A stretch of DNA of 60,302 nt, the filler included, from Rhizaria sp. SCN 62-66 (lineage: Eukaryota): NCBI GenBank assembly GCA_001724265.1. It is 5 parts of 5 records of this genome, joined end to end, with 100 filler letters (N's around TTAATTAATTAA, not from the genome) between each part and the next. Parts side by side here need not be neighbours in the genome. Positions count along the whole stretch, not along the records: positions 18,938 to 30,202 come from MEDY01000666.1; 4 more parts are not named here. The stretch is one strand, 5' to 3'. Made by a program: the position numbers and the translations under genes. The stretch's first letter is position 1. Each line of letters opens with the position of its first letter. This document shows, in pieces, positions 21,901 through 30,302 of the stretch. The notes below the pieces were generated by a model that did no database searches, was not told the DNA's origin, and was given only the letters and a program-made list of their open reading frames with translations.

Positions 21901-24900
21901 TGACCAACCCTGAGAGCGACAACGTCGCCGAGCCTGCGAATAACAACGTCGATGAAGACACCACTCCTGACTCAGTTGACGAAAGCGTCCCCGAGAAGGA
22001 TGCGAATGAGAAGACTACCACTGAGTCTGAGGCGAAGCTTGTTGAGCTCGAGTCTAAGTACGCCGGCCTGGTGGCTGCGCACGCGGCGGCGGCTTCGGAG
22101 CGCGACTCACACGCTGCCAAGTGCGTTTCGCTCGAGAGTGCGTACGCTGAGATGGGCGCCGCCTGTGCGCGCCTCGAGGCCCGCTGCAACGATCTCGAGA
22201 TGCAGCACGTGCTGCAGACAGCGCAGCTCGCGGCCGCGCAGTCCCAGCGCAACGCGGCCGAGGCGCGTCTGGCTGATCTGGCCGCGCAGCACCGTGCGAT
22301 TGCCGCTGAGCGCGACAGTCTTGCGGCCTCACTCAGGGCTGCCGCAGCGCCCGCGCAGGCTGTTGTGCACGCGGCTGTCTCTCAAGCCGCAATTTCGCAG
22401 GGTGTCACGGCAGCGTTATCCGCGGCAGCTGCGGAGAAGGACGCCGCCGTGGCTGCGCGCGACGCCGCACTTGAAGACGGCGCAGCTGCGCGCGCGGAGA
22501 CTGCGGCAGCGCGTGCCGAAGCGTCTGCTGCACGTGACGCCGCTGCGACTGCAAGTGCTGCCGCTGCAAGTGCGCGCGAGGAGCGCGATTTTGCGGTTGA
22601 GCGGCTTGCCGCAGCTTTGCAGGAGGCCGAGTCTGCGGTTGCTGAGAGTAAATCGAGCGCAGAGAAGCTTGAGACTACGCTTGTTGAGCTTGAGGCGCTT
22701 CGCGACGCTGAGGCTGCTTTAGTCGCCGACGATGTGAGCGTGAAGACTGCTGAGTCACAAGCCGAGGATTCTGACGCAGACGCTCTTTTTGCCGCGGGTG
22801 AGGCTGGCATTGAGAAGTCACTTTCTGCAGTTGACACTCCTTGCGCCAATTGCCATACTCTTCAGATTATGTGCGACACTCTACAAAGCAATTGCGACAG
22901 CCTGCAGAGTGAGTGCGACAGCCTGCGTACTGAGAACGAACAGCTTCCGATGACAAGTGAGCAATTGAGTGCCGATATTAAGCAGTTGAATTCTGACCGC
23001 TCTCAGCTTCGCACTGACTGCGAGCAGCTCTGCACCGAGCGTGACGACGCTCTCGCTGATTGCGCCGCGCTGCGTAGCGACTATGCACAGCTGCAGCAGG
23101 CGCGCGAGGAAGCGGCCGCGTTGCTTGAGGTGGCTGAGCAGGCGTATGCAGAGCTGCAGGCCCGCGTCGCTGCTGAGGCCACTGCCTCTGAAGCTGCTGC
23201 TGATGCGGTCGATGATGTTGTTGCAGCGAAGAATGACGCGAATGACGAATTTCCTCTTGCTGATTCCGACTCTGATAGCGAGGGCGAGGCGTTCTCTTTT
23301 GCAGCGGACGAGGAGGCTCATGCAGATCCCGCGGATGGCACCAATGATATTGCGGATGCTGTTGATACGATGCTTGATGGCGATGACGAGGACGCGACTG
23401 CCCTTGAGGACGCCGCCACTGTCATTGATGCTGCTGAGGGCGATGCAGCTGACAATGATGCTGCCGAAGTTGACGTTGTTGAGGATGATGCCGCTGAGTT
23501 TACTGCACAAGGAGGCGACGATGGCGAAGGTGATGCAGAGGCGGGTCCAAGCGACGCGCCCGATGAGTGCTCTCCGGAGGACGCCTTTGATCCGTGCCGC
23601 GACGCGGGCCCCGGCTTTGTCGATAACGTCGGCTTGGGCGCGGACGAGGGCGCTGTGTCCGCCGCGGCGTACGACGCTCTGGCGGCTGAGTTGCGCTTTA
23701 CGCAGACTGAGCTTGCGGCTGTTCGCACCGAGCGTGACGCTGTGGCCACTGAGCGCGACGCAATCCAGACCGACTGGGAGGTGGTGCTTGCCGACAGGGA
23801 CTCGCTGGCGACTGAGCGCGACGCAATGGCCGCGCAATGCGACGCCGCCACTGCTAGGTGCGACGATCTTACAGAACAGAACGAATCCTTCAACAAGGAG
23901 CGCGACACGCTGAGTTCGAAGTGCAATGCACTTAATCTTGAGTGCGACATGCTGAGCGCCAAGTGCGAGGAGCTCGAGGCAGAGCGCACCGAGCTCGTCG
24001 CAAAGTGCGACACACTTGCTGCAGAGCAGGCGGCAACTGCTGCCTCTGAGGCCGAGATGGCTTCTCAGGTTTCTGCACTGTCGGCTGAGTTAGCTGCCCT
24101 CAAGGACGCGCAGTCCGCTGTTGACAGTGACACTGCTGCAGCTGTGAGTGCCTTAGCCACTGCTATGGCCGACGCGACTGCGCTGCGTGAGCGTGTTTCT
24201 GAGCTGGAGAGTGCGGCGCAACGCGCCGCGACCGTCAATAGCGCAAAGTCATCTGAACAACAGGATACTATTTTTGAACTTGAGCGCACTATTGCCGATC
24301 GTGATCACTCAATCGATGAGCTTAAGGTCACTGTCGGCGAGCTTCAAGTTACTGTCTCTGATATGGACACACTTGCATCTGAGCGCGATTCCTTGGCTGC
24401 GCAATGCAACATCCTCTCGGCCAAGTGTGACGATCTTGTTGCACAGAGAGAAGACGTCGCATCCAAGCTTGATGCAGCTGTTGCTCAATGCAATGTGATC
24501 ACTGCTGAGCGTGACATCGCTGTTAGTGAGCGTAACGTTCTTGCAACTGAGCGCGATGTTTTAGTGATGGAGCGTGACTCTGCTGTTAGCGAGCGCAATG
24601 TTGCTGTGACTGAACGCGATGCCGCTTTTGTTGAGCGAGACTCTCTTGTGACGGAGCGCGGTATTGCTATGGCTGAGCGCGACGCTGTTATGACTGAGCG
24701 CGATGATATCCAAACTAAATGCGCGGACATGATAACCAAGTATGACACTATTAACGAGGAACTTGATACTCTGCGGACGAAATGTGGCAGCCTTGAAGAA
24801 AAGTGTGCTGAACTTGCCGCCAAATCCCACAGCCTCTCCGCGGCGAACACCGAGGCTGCCGCTTCTGAAGCCGCTGCCGCGACTAAGCTTTCTTCTCTTG

Positions 24901-27900
24901 CGGCTGAGTTGGCTTCGTTGAAGGAGGCACAGTCCGCCGTTGACAGTGACAGTGCGACTGCAGTTGGCGCTCTTGCCACAGCCATGGCTGATGCCACCGC
25001 GCTGCGCGAGCGTGTCGCCGAACTCGACGCTGCACTACGGACTGCAGAGCTCGAGGCTGCTGAACAAGAAACATGTGCTGCCGAGCTGCGCACCAAGATC
25101 TCCAAGCTTGAAGGTTTTATTGACGATTGCGAGCAGTCGATCCATGCAAAGGTCGACGATTTGCAACACATTGTGTCTGCGCGCGACGCCTCTGTGACAG
25201 AACTTGAGAGCGCGGTTGCCAAACTTGAGCGCATCATCTCTGAGCGTAATGACGCGGTTACTGTGGCGGAGCAAACTGCTGCTAACGCTGAGGCTGCGCT
25301 TGAGGAGTGCCAAGCCACACTTGCTGATGTTCAGGCTGCTCTTGCTCAAAGCGAGGTTGCTCTTGCTGAGAGTCTTGCTTCTGCTGCTGCTGCTGCTGCT
25401 GCTACTGCCGCTGCTGCTCCTGAGACTGAAGTCAACACAGCTTCTATTGAGGCTGCAGTCACGGAGGCCGTCGAGCTCGCGACCGCAGAGCTTGCTGCGA
25501 CAGTCGCTGAGCTGACTGCGGCTCGTGAGGCGCTTGAGACTTCACACCAAGATCTCGCTGCAGAGTGTGGTGCTGCAAAGGAGGCGTATACGGTTGCTGA
25601 GACTGAGCGTGCTGCTGCAAGTGTTGATTGCGATGCTGCACAGGCTGCGCTTGCAGCTGCGACGGCGGAGCTCGATACGATCAAAGCTGAACGCGATGCT
25701 GCCTTCACTAGTCGCGACAGCGCTATTGCGGAGCGCGACTCTGCAGTTGATGACTGTGACGATGCACGCGCTGAGATTGCGTCGTTGCGCGCGATTCTGG
25801 CATCTCGCAGCCCTGTAGCTACGACGGGAGCGAGTGAAGTGGACGTCACTGACCTCGAGCTTGCTGTGGCTACAGCGCGGTCGGAGACTGCGGCCGCAGT
25901 TGCCGCCGCCGAGGTTGCTACGCTCGCGATGGAGGCTGCCCGCGCTGAGGCTGCCGACGCACGCACTGTCGCCGAAGCTGTTGAGAAATCGGCAGTGGAG
26001 GCTCGCGCGGAGGCAGTTGCGGCACGCGCCGATCTTGACGCTGCCGTTTCTCAGTCAGGCGCAGCTTTCGCCGTGACCGAAACCGCCCTCGCGGATGCTG
26101 AGGCACGCGCTGAGGCAGCCGTCGCCGCTACGGCCGCCGCCACCGCCCGCGCGAACGAGCTTGCGGTGGACGCTGAGGACCGTGCTTCGGACCTGGCGAC
26201 TGCGCGTGCCGATGTGGCTGACGCGCTGTTCGAGCGCGACGCCGCCGTGGCCGCGCGCGACGAGGCTTGGCGCGCGCGCGACGCGGCGATGGCCGAGGTT
26301 TCTGACGCGTTGACGGAACGCGCTGCTGCGTTGGCGACGCTGGCGCAAGTCGAGGCCGCGCGCGCTGCCGCTGTTGCCGAAGCTGAGGCTGCGGCTGTTG
26401 ACGCGCGTTCCGCGATGGAGCAGCGCGAGGATGCGCTGGCCGCGCTGCGCCGGTCATTTTCAGGTGCGCGGGACGCTGACACCGATGCAGGCGCTGAAGC
26501 GAACGCAACAGCGCGCGCTGAGACGGCGACTTTGTTGGCGGACACATTGCAGGCGACTGTCACTGCTCTACGGGCTCGTGTTGCGACCCTTGAGGCTGAG
26601 GCGTCGGCGCGCGCTACTGCGGGAACTGTTGCTGTCCGTTCACATGCGGCAGCGGCTCAGGCCGGCGCGCGTGCGGCCGAGGACGCCATTGTCGGTGTGC
26701 GCTTGGGTGCTGAGGGCGTTGATTCAGTTGTCAGTTCGTTGCGCGCAACTTTGGCTGCAACAACGGCGATGGTGCGCCGCGCTGTCGATCGCGAGAGAGT
26801 CGACGCCGACGCTGTGCAGGAGAGCGATGCCACTGACAACAGCACGACTGCAGACAGCAAGGCGAGAAGCATTGCTGACAAGCAGCAAGGCTCACCGTTT
26901 GTGTTGCGCTCGCTTGCTGGCTCCCCCGTTGCGGGTCCTGCGAGCCCTGCACTCCCAGGCTCACCGTTGCAGTTGCCACTCTCAAGCTCGCTCTCTGGTG
27001 CGAACGCGCTCGGCTTTAACCCATTGGCGAGCAAGCACGCATCACTGCACGCGCTGTCCTCGCTCTCGTCTCCGCGTGCGCGTGTGTCGACCGACGACGT
27101 GACCAGCGAGCTCGAGCGTGACGGTGACGGTAGCTCGAGCGAGAATGAGGATGAACTTGACGCAGAGCTGGCGGCTCTCGACCTGCCGCAGCTGCAGGCC
27201 GCGCACGTTACACTGCTGCACCGCTGCCGTCATGCCGAGCGCGAACTTGCTTCGGCCGCCATTGGCGCGGGCTCACTCGCCGCAGAGCTCTCGGCCGCCC
27301 GCACACGTGCACGCGCGCTGCAGATCGAAGCAGAGGAGGCAACCGCCGCTTTGGATGAGTTGCGTGCCACTGCGTCCGCGGCTGCTGAGGCTGCTACTGC
27401 TGCAGCTGCGAGCGCTTCTTCACGCGAGGCAACTCTGGCTGCGCGCACGGCTGCTGCGGAGGACGCCTGCGCGGACGCTGAGGCTGCTGCTGCCACTGCG
27501 GATACCCGCGCTGCTGCCGCTGAGGCGCGCGCGAACGCGGCGGTTGCTGCGGCTGCTGCCGCCGAAGCGGAGACAGCCACAGAACGCGATGCCGCCGCGG
27601 CTGCCGCTGCTGAGGCTGCACGTGTGACCTTGAGCGAAGCGGAGCTGCTGCAGCAGGTGGCGCAGGGCGAGACTGCTGCACGCGAGGCTGCACAGGCGTG
27701 CGTGGCGTTGTCACGTTGTGAACAAGAGCTGTCGCGCGCCCGTGTCGAGGCTGTGCAGTTTGCGATGCGCACCAAGTGGTACGCGGCATACATCTACGAG
27801 CGGGTGATTAAGCCGCGCCAGGACGCCGCCGCTGCCGCAGCTCTTGCTGCTGCAGCTGCTGAAGCGGGCGCGACATCGCACCCGGGCAGCCTGACGCCAC

Positions 27901-30008
27901 CGCCGCGCGCTGCCAAGCCTCCATCACCTCCTGCAGACACTCTTGCGCTACCTGCGCCTGCCATGTCGACCACCATCGCGACTACAGTGGATGCTGAGCC
28001 TGTGTTTTCGTTACCACCCGATGCGCGCGCCTACGCGGCGACAGTGTGCGGCACGTGCGGGCAGCACGACTCGCTCGTCTCTGTCTTTGCCCGTTCGCGC
28101 CACAGTGCCGGTGCTACCGTGCCCGACGTGCCCCCCGTGGCATGGACATCGGGCTTCACTGTTGCTTTTGCCAATCACGACGCGACCACTGGCTCTGAGT
28201 CGGCCGCGCCTGCCACTGTGAACGATTCGAAGCCCGTGATTTCTGCAGCACCTGTGCTTTCGCTTACTCACTCTTCCTCCCGGTTGTCGTCGCTGTCCCC
28301 TACTCCCGCAGCTTCACCAACCGCTGCTGCTATGGCCGCGGCCGCTGCGACAGGGATTGTGTTTGTGCACTCCGACGGTGGTGGCGCGCTACCTGAGGCG
28401 CTGGTTCAGGCGCAGCAACTCTACGACGCTGCGACTAATGGATCCGCCACAGCGACTGCCGCCGCGCTTTCAATCGCATCGACGGCAGGCACACCTGCGC
28501 CTGTGCGCGTGTCAGATCAACGCGTGCCGGGGACCAGCTTGCGTGCCGCGAGTGGAGCTGCGACAGCAGCGGCGGATAAGCCCGCTGTTGCCGCTGCCGC
28601 TGCTGCAGCTGCTGCCGCCGCTGTGTCGGCCGCTGCTGCACTGCTGGCGACACCCGCCCCCGGCGCGCGTGTGCGGCTCTCTCACGGCACTGAGTCAGCG
28701 AATGCGGACTTCGAGCCCATGGTAATCGATGGAGTGGATTTGAGTGCGACCCCGCGTGCCTCAGCCCAGTCCACCGACGTGAACATGATTAAGGTCGTGC
28801 GTGCAGCCGCTGCTGCGGAACTTGCTGCCGCCACTTCTGCAGGCTCCGACGGCTTCGGCGGTGGCGACGAGCTGGTCGCATCGGCGATGCGCGTCATGGC
28901 CGCTGACCAGGCCGACGCTGACGTGAATGTTGACACTATCCACGCAGCGAACGCTGATGTGCAAGTTGTTGATGTTGATGGTGGCGAGGGCGGGCTTGAC
29001 CTCGATAGATCCGTGCTGATTCAGACTGCAGAGAAGGAGGCTGAGGCTGAGGCGCGCTTTGCGGACGCGGTGGCTGCTGTGACGGCCGCTGCGGAGGCTG
29101 CGGCTGCTGCAGCGGGTGCGGAGGCCGATGGCATTGAAGTCAATGTTGAGGCTGGAGCTGACGAATTTGAGGCTGATGTTGACACAAGCCGCGCCCAAAC
29201 TGGACTGCCACCGTTTGCGCTGACTCCGATTCGGCTTCCGCTTGCGCACTCATACAGTCCCGCACATGCCAACGAGCTCACACCGCGTTCCCATCAGCTT
29301 GCGCAGCAAGAGCAGCAGCGCAAGGAGAAACAAGTAGAGCACAAACAGCAGTCTACGTCGTCGTCTCCATCACCGTCACCGCGTTCGGTTGTCACCAAGC
29401 CCGTCGCCACACTGCACTTCGAGTATTTCACTCATGAGGCGGTATCGGTGGCGATGGGACGCGCACTCGGCCTGACGACCACTGCGGGGCAGAGCGTGCA
29501 CGTGCACGGCATGAGCATTGACGATTGGGTGCTGCAGGACCTGGGTCTTTCTATGGACCGCGTCGCTGCCGCGCGTTTCCCTGCCGCGCGCCGTCCTAAC
29601 GGGCTTGCCCTCGGCCTGGGCGCTGGCGCTGGTGTCGGCGACGCCGCGTTTGCGCCCACGCCAACGAACAGCGGTAGCGGCAGCAGCTGGGGATGGGGCG
29701 CGCTGGCGGGTGCGGTGGCGAGCGCGACCGGTGCTGGCGCGGATATGGGCGGACGCGGTCGCGCGCCGTCGCTGCTGCTCGAGTACTCGCTGTCGGACGT
29801 GCAGGCCCACGCGGCGTCGCTGGACTTTACGCATCCTGGCGAGCTGGAAGTGGCATACATTCGCTGTGTGGTGCTCAACTACATCCTGACTCAGGACCAT
29901 GTTAACTGCTTCCCCGTGCTTGCCGCTGTGCTCAACCTTTCACAGAAGCAGACACAGGCCGTGCAGACGGAGTATGAGCGCCGCAGCAGCTGGCTCAACT
30001 TCTACTAA
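18939..30008 (+). CDS. Giant coiled-coil GRIP-domain golgin (trans-Golgi tether), >=3,689 aa, 5' truncated
   Basis: Long Ala/Glu-rich heptad coiled coil. The C-terminal ~55 aa (from 29841) ELEVAYIRCVVLNYILTQDHVNCFPVLAAVLNLSQKQTQAVQTEYERRSSWLNFY match the GRIP pattern (conserved Tyr, VVL.Y/F, PVLA.L, terminal Trp). TAA stop followed by AT-rich DNA. Confidence 0.88.
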   Translation: MAEADAAAVRRDALARVRAEAAARADAGAARAEAEAASERAAAAEAASAAARAALLASQAAAREAQAARRAALDAADAATKDAVAARKEAERASAAVASEVTAAEAAREAAEAAAATARAELALARGEIAAVRESERTAKAAAAAARATAAAATEAEAASGEAAAAAQAGEAAAKIKLAAALAAATAAQTRAEEAEAALAAAESAGVESRRDGSTAAKRAAAAAAQAETAAEEAAAATAEATAAHADAARARAAVAAAEARAAAAETALKAAETESAAALAAAALATTAARSSETARKSSQAQAAAASEEAMAARAEAAAAVAAATAAEAAAARSTAEAEGARAELAQLAQRLSVADVAVERLQRAADEAGAAASTAESKLAAAEAKAAAAEAKAADTHHKAAVAEQKLSATEDMVAALEKKVADAEDRTAAAEDRAVTAEEKATAAESRADAAETKIEALSAVLVAMRAEAVAAVEASAAALRDAVTAAAERETAAAAAAAAAAAADAAGADVDAAVRDAENARTEAEAARAEAAVARSEAEAAVAAATAARAEAEADAAQSRTALDNAQEALNSATAAAATAEAALFAVQTDLSAVQSELAATAAARDAAESALSESEAQRRALAAALDFANGDGESAATRFAAAEARCTELESAVAEAEARARTASAGRDSFESAHTDSERKFSESESKCAEFERQCAALALQCGALEALSEERQALCERAEAERATAVAAVAESESKWDELQTKYTELESNNAAAQREKQDALAKCQMFELRCEEMTVQCAELEAKCGDGAAENSTLLLKVSALEAKCSELEARGSGERSAGDVDLAAKYSELEFKYDNVNSEYTKLLSEHLALENASSELELKCADLAKARDAAGASCAAAEGDCATAAAACSTAEAAFAASENARDEAEAACVRLEEKLAESENQRMELEKTVAEMQSEADGLWEKLADTESEIAVLVAQREAFECECEELRQQTARGDSEVTNPESDNVAEPANNNVDEDTTPDSVDESVPEKDANEKTTTESEAKLVELESKYAGLVAAHAAAASERDSHAAKCVSLESAYAEMGAACARLEARCNDLEMQHVLQTAQLAAAQSQRNAAEARLADLAAQHRAIAAERDSLAASLRAAAAPAQAVVHAAVSQAAISQGVTAALSAAAAEKDAAVAARDAALEDGAAARAETAAARAEASAARDAAATASAAAASAREERDFAVERLAAALQEAESAVAESKSSAEKLETTLVELEALRDAEAALVADDVSVKTAESQAEDSDADALFAAGEAGIEKSLSAVDTPCANCHTLQIMCDTLQSNCDSLQSECDSLRTENEQLPMTSEQLSADIKQLNSDRSQLRTDCEQLCTERDDALADCAALRSDYAQLQQAREEAAALLEVAEQAYAELQARVAAEATASEAAADAVDDVVAAKNDANDEFPLADSDSDSEGEAFSFAADEEAHADPADGTNDIADAVDTMLDGDDEDATALEDAATVIDAAEGDAADNDAAEVDVVEDDAAEFTAQGGDDGEGDAEAGPSDAPDECSPEDAFDPCRDAGPGFVDNVGLGADEGAVSAAAYDALAAELRFTQTELAAVRTERDAVATERDAIQTDWEVVLADRDSLATERDAMAAQCDAATARCDDLTEQNESFNKERDTLSSKCNALNLECDMLSAKCEELEAERTELVAKCDTLAAEQAATAASEAEMASQVSALSAELAALKDAQSAVDSDTAAAVSALATAMADATALRERVSELESAAQRAATVNSAKSSEQQDTIFELERTIADRDHSIDELKVTVGELQVTVSDMDTLASERDSLAAQCNILSAKCDDLVAQREDVASKLDAAVAQCNVITAERDIAVSERNVLATERDVLVMERDSAVSERNVAVTERDAAFVERDSLVTERGIAMAERDAVMTERDDIQTKCADMITKYDTINEELDTLRTKCGSLEEKCAELAAKSHSLSAANTEAAASEAAAATKLSSLAAELASLKEAQSAVDSDSATAVGALATAMADATALRERVAELDAALRTAELEAAEQETCAAELRTKISKLEGFIDDCEQSIHAKVDDLQHIVSARDASVTELESAVAKLERIISERNDAVTVAEQTAANAEAALEECQATLADVQAALAQSEVALAESLASAAAAAAATAAAAPETEVNTASIEAAVTEAVELATAELAATVAELTAAREALETSHQDLAAECGAAKEAYTVAETERAAASVDCDAAQAALAAATAELDTIKAERDAAFTSRDSAIAERDSAVDDCDDARAEIASLRAILASRSPVATTGASEVDVTDLELAVATARSETAAAVAAAEVATLAMEAARAEAADARTVAEAVEKSAVEARAEAVAARADLDAAVSQSGAAFAVTETALADAEARAEAAVAATAAATARANELAVDAEDRASDLATARADVADALFERDAAVAARDEAWRARDAAMAEVSDALTERAAALATLAQVEAARAAAVAEAEAAAVDARSAMEQREDALAALRRSFSGARDADTDAGAEANATARAETATLLADTLQATVTALRARVATLEAEASARATAGTVAVRSHAAAAQAGARAAEDAIVGVRLGAEGVDSVVSSLRATLAATTAMVRRAVDRERVDADAVQESDATDNSTTADSKARSIADKQQGSPFVLRSLAGSPVAGPASPALPGSPLQLPLSSSLSGANALGFNPLASKHASLHALSSLSSPRARVSTDDVTSELERDGDGSSSENEDELDAELAALDLPQLQAAHVTLLHRCRHAERELASAAIGAGSLAAELSAARTRARALQIEAEEATAALDELRATASAAAEAATAAAASASSREATLAARTAAAEDACADAEAAAATADTRAAAAEARANAAVAAAAAAEAETATERDAAAAAAAEAARVTLSEAELLQQVAQGETAAREAAQACVALSRCEQELSRARVEAVQFAMRTKWYAAYIYERVIKPRQDAAAAAALAAAAAEAGATSHPGSLTPPPRAAKPPSPPADTLALPAPAMSTTIATTVDAEPVFSLPPDARAYAATVCGTCGQHDSLVSVFARSRHSAGATVPDVPPVAWTSGFTVAFANHDATTGSESAAPATVNDSKPVISAAPVLSLTHSSSRLSSLSPTPAASPTAAAMAAAAATGIVFVHSDGGGALPEALVQAQQLYDAATNGSATATAAALSIASTAGTPAPVRVSDQRVPGTSLRAASGAATAAADKPAVAAAAAAAAAAAVSAAAALLATPAPGARVRLSHGTESANADFEPMVIDGVDLSATPRASAQSTDVNMIKVVRAAAAAELAAATSAGSDGFGGGDELVASAMRVMAADQADADVNVDTIHAANADVQVVDVDGGEGGLDLDRSVLIQTAEKEAEAEARFADAVAAVTAAAEAAAAAAGAEADGIEVNVEAGADEFEADVDTSRAQTGLPPFALTPIRLPLAHSYSPAHANELTPRSHQLAQQEQQRKEKQVEHKQQSTSSSPSPSPRSVVTKPVATLHFEYFTHEAVSVAMGRALGLTTTAGQSVHVHGMSIDDWVLQDLGLSMDRVAAARFPAARRPNGLALGLGAGAGVGDAAFAPTPTNSGSGSSWGWGALAGAVASATGAGADMGGRGRAPSLLLEYSLSDVQAHAASLDFTHPGELEVAYIRCVVLNYILTQDHVNCFPVLAAVLNLSQKQTQAVQTEYERRSSWLNFY
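24504..24713 (+). repeat. Ten tandem 21-nt (7-aa) xERD/N heptad repeats in the golgin
   Basis: AERDIAV SERNVLA TERDVLV MERDSAV SERNVAV TERDAAF VERDSLV TERGIAM AERDAVM TERDDIQ. Confidence 0.85.
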
Positions 30009-30106
30009 AGAAGAGTGTGCGCTTTACGGAGTCGACGATATTTCACGTGTGTACATTTGTTGCACAGTGTACAACGTACTCACTACTTTGAACTTGTTTA
30101 AGCTTA

Positions 30107-30144
30107 ACCCCTATGTAGCGTCAACTAAAAAACGCCAAAAACGC
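30107..30144 (+). repeat. Short dispersed repeat near a contig end (copy 1; related copy at 60208-60245)
   Basis: ACCCCT-ATGTAGCGTCAACTAAAAAACGCCAAAAACGC versus ACCCCTGATGTAGAGGTTTATGAAAAACGC-AAAAACGC, about 30 of 39 aligned columns identical. Confidence 0.5.
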
Positions 30145-30202
30145 AGTTTTCGGCAGGTAACTTCCACAATAGAAATCTCTGTGAAATAATCGTCAAAGCT
30201 TA

Positions 30203-30302
30203 NNNNNNNNNNNNNNNNNNNNNNNNNNNNNNNNNNNNNNNNNNNNTTAATTAATTAANNNNNNNNNNNNNNNNNNNNNNNNNNNNNNNNNNNNNNNNNN
30301 NN
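30203..30302. other. Artificial contig linker N44-TTAATTAATTAA-N44
   Basis: Same 100-nt linker. Confidence 0.99.
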
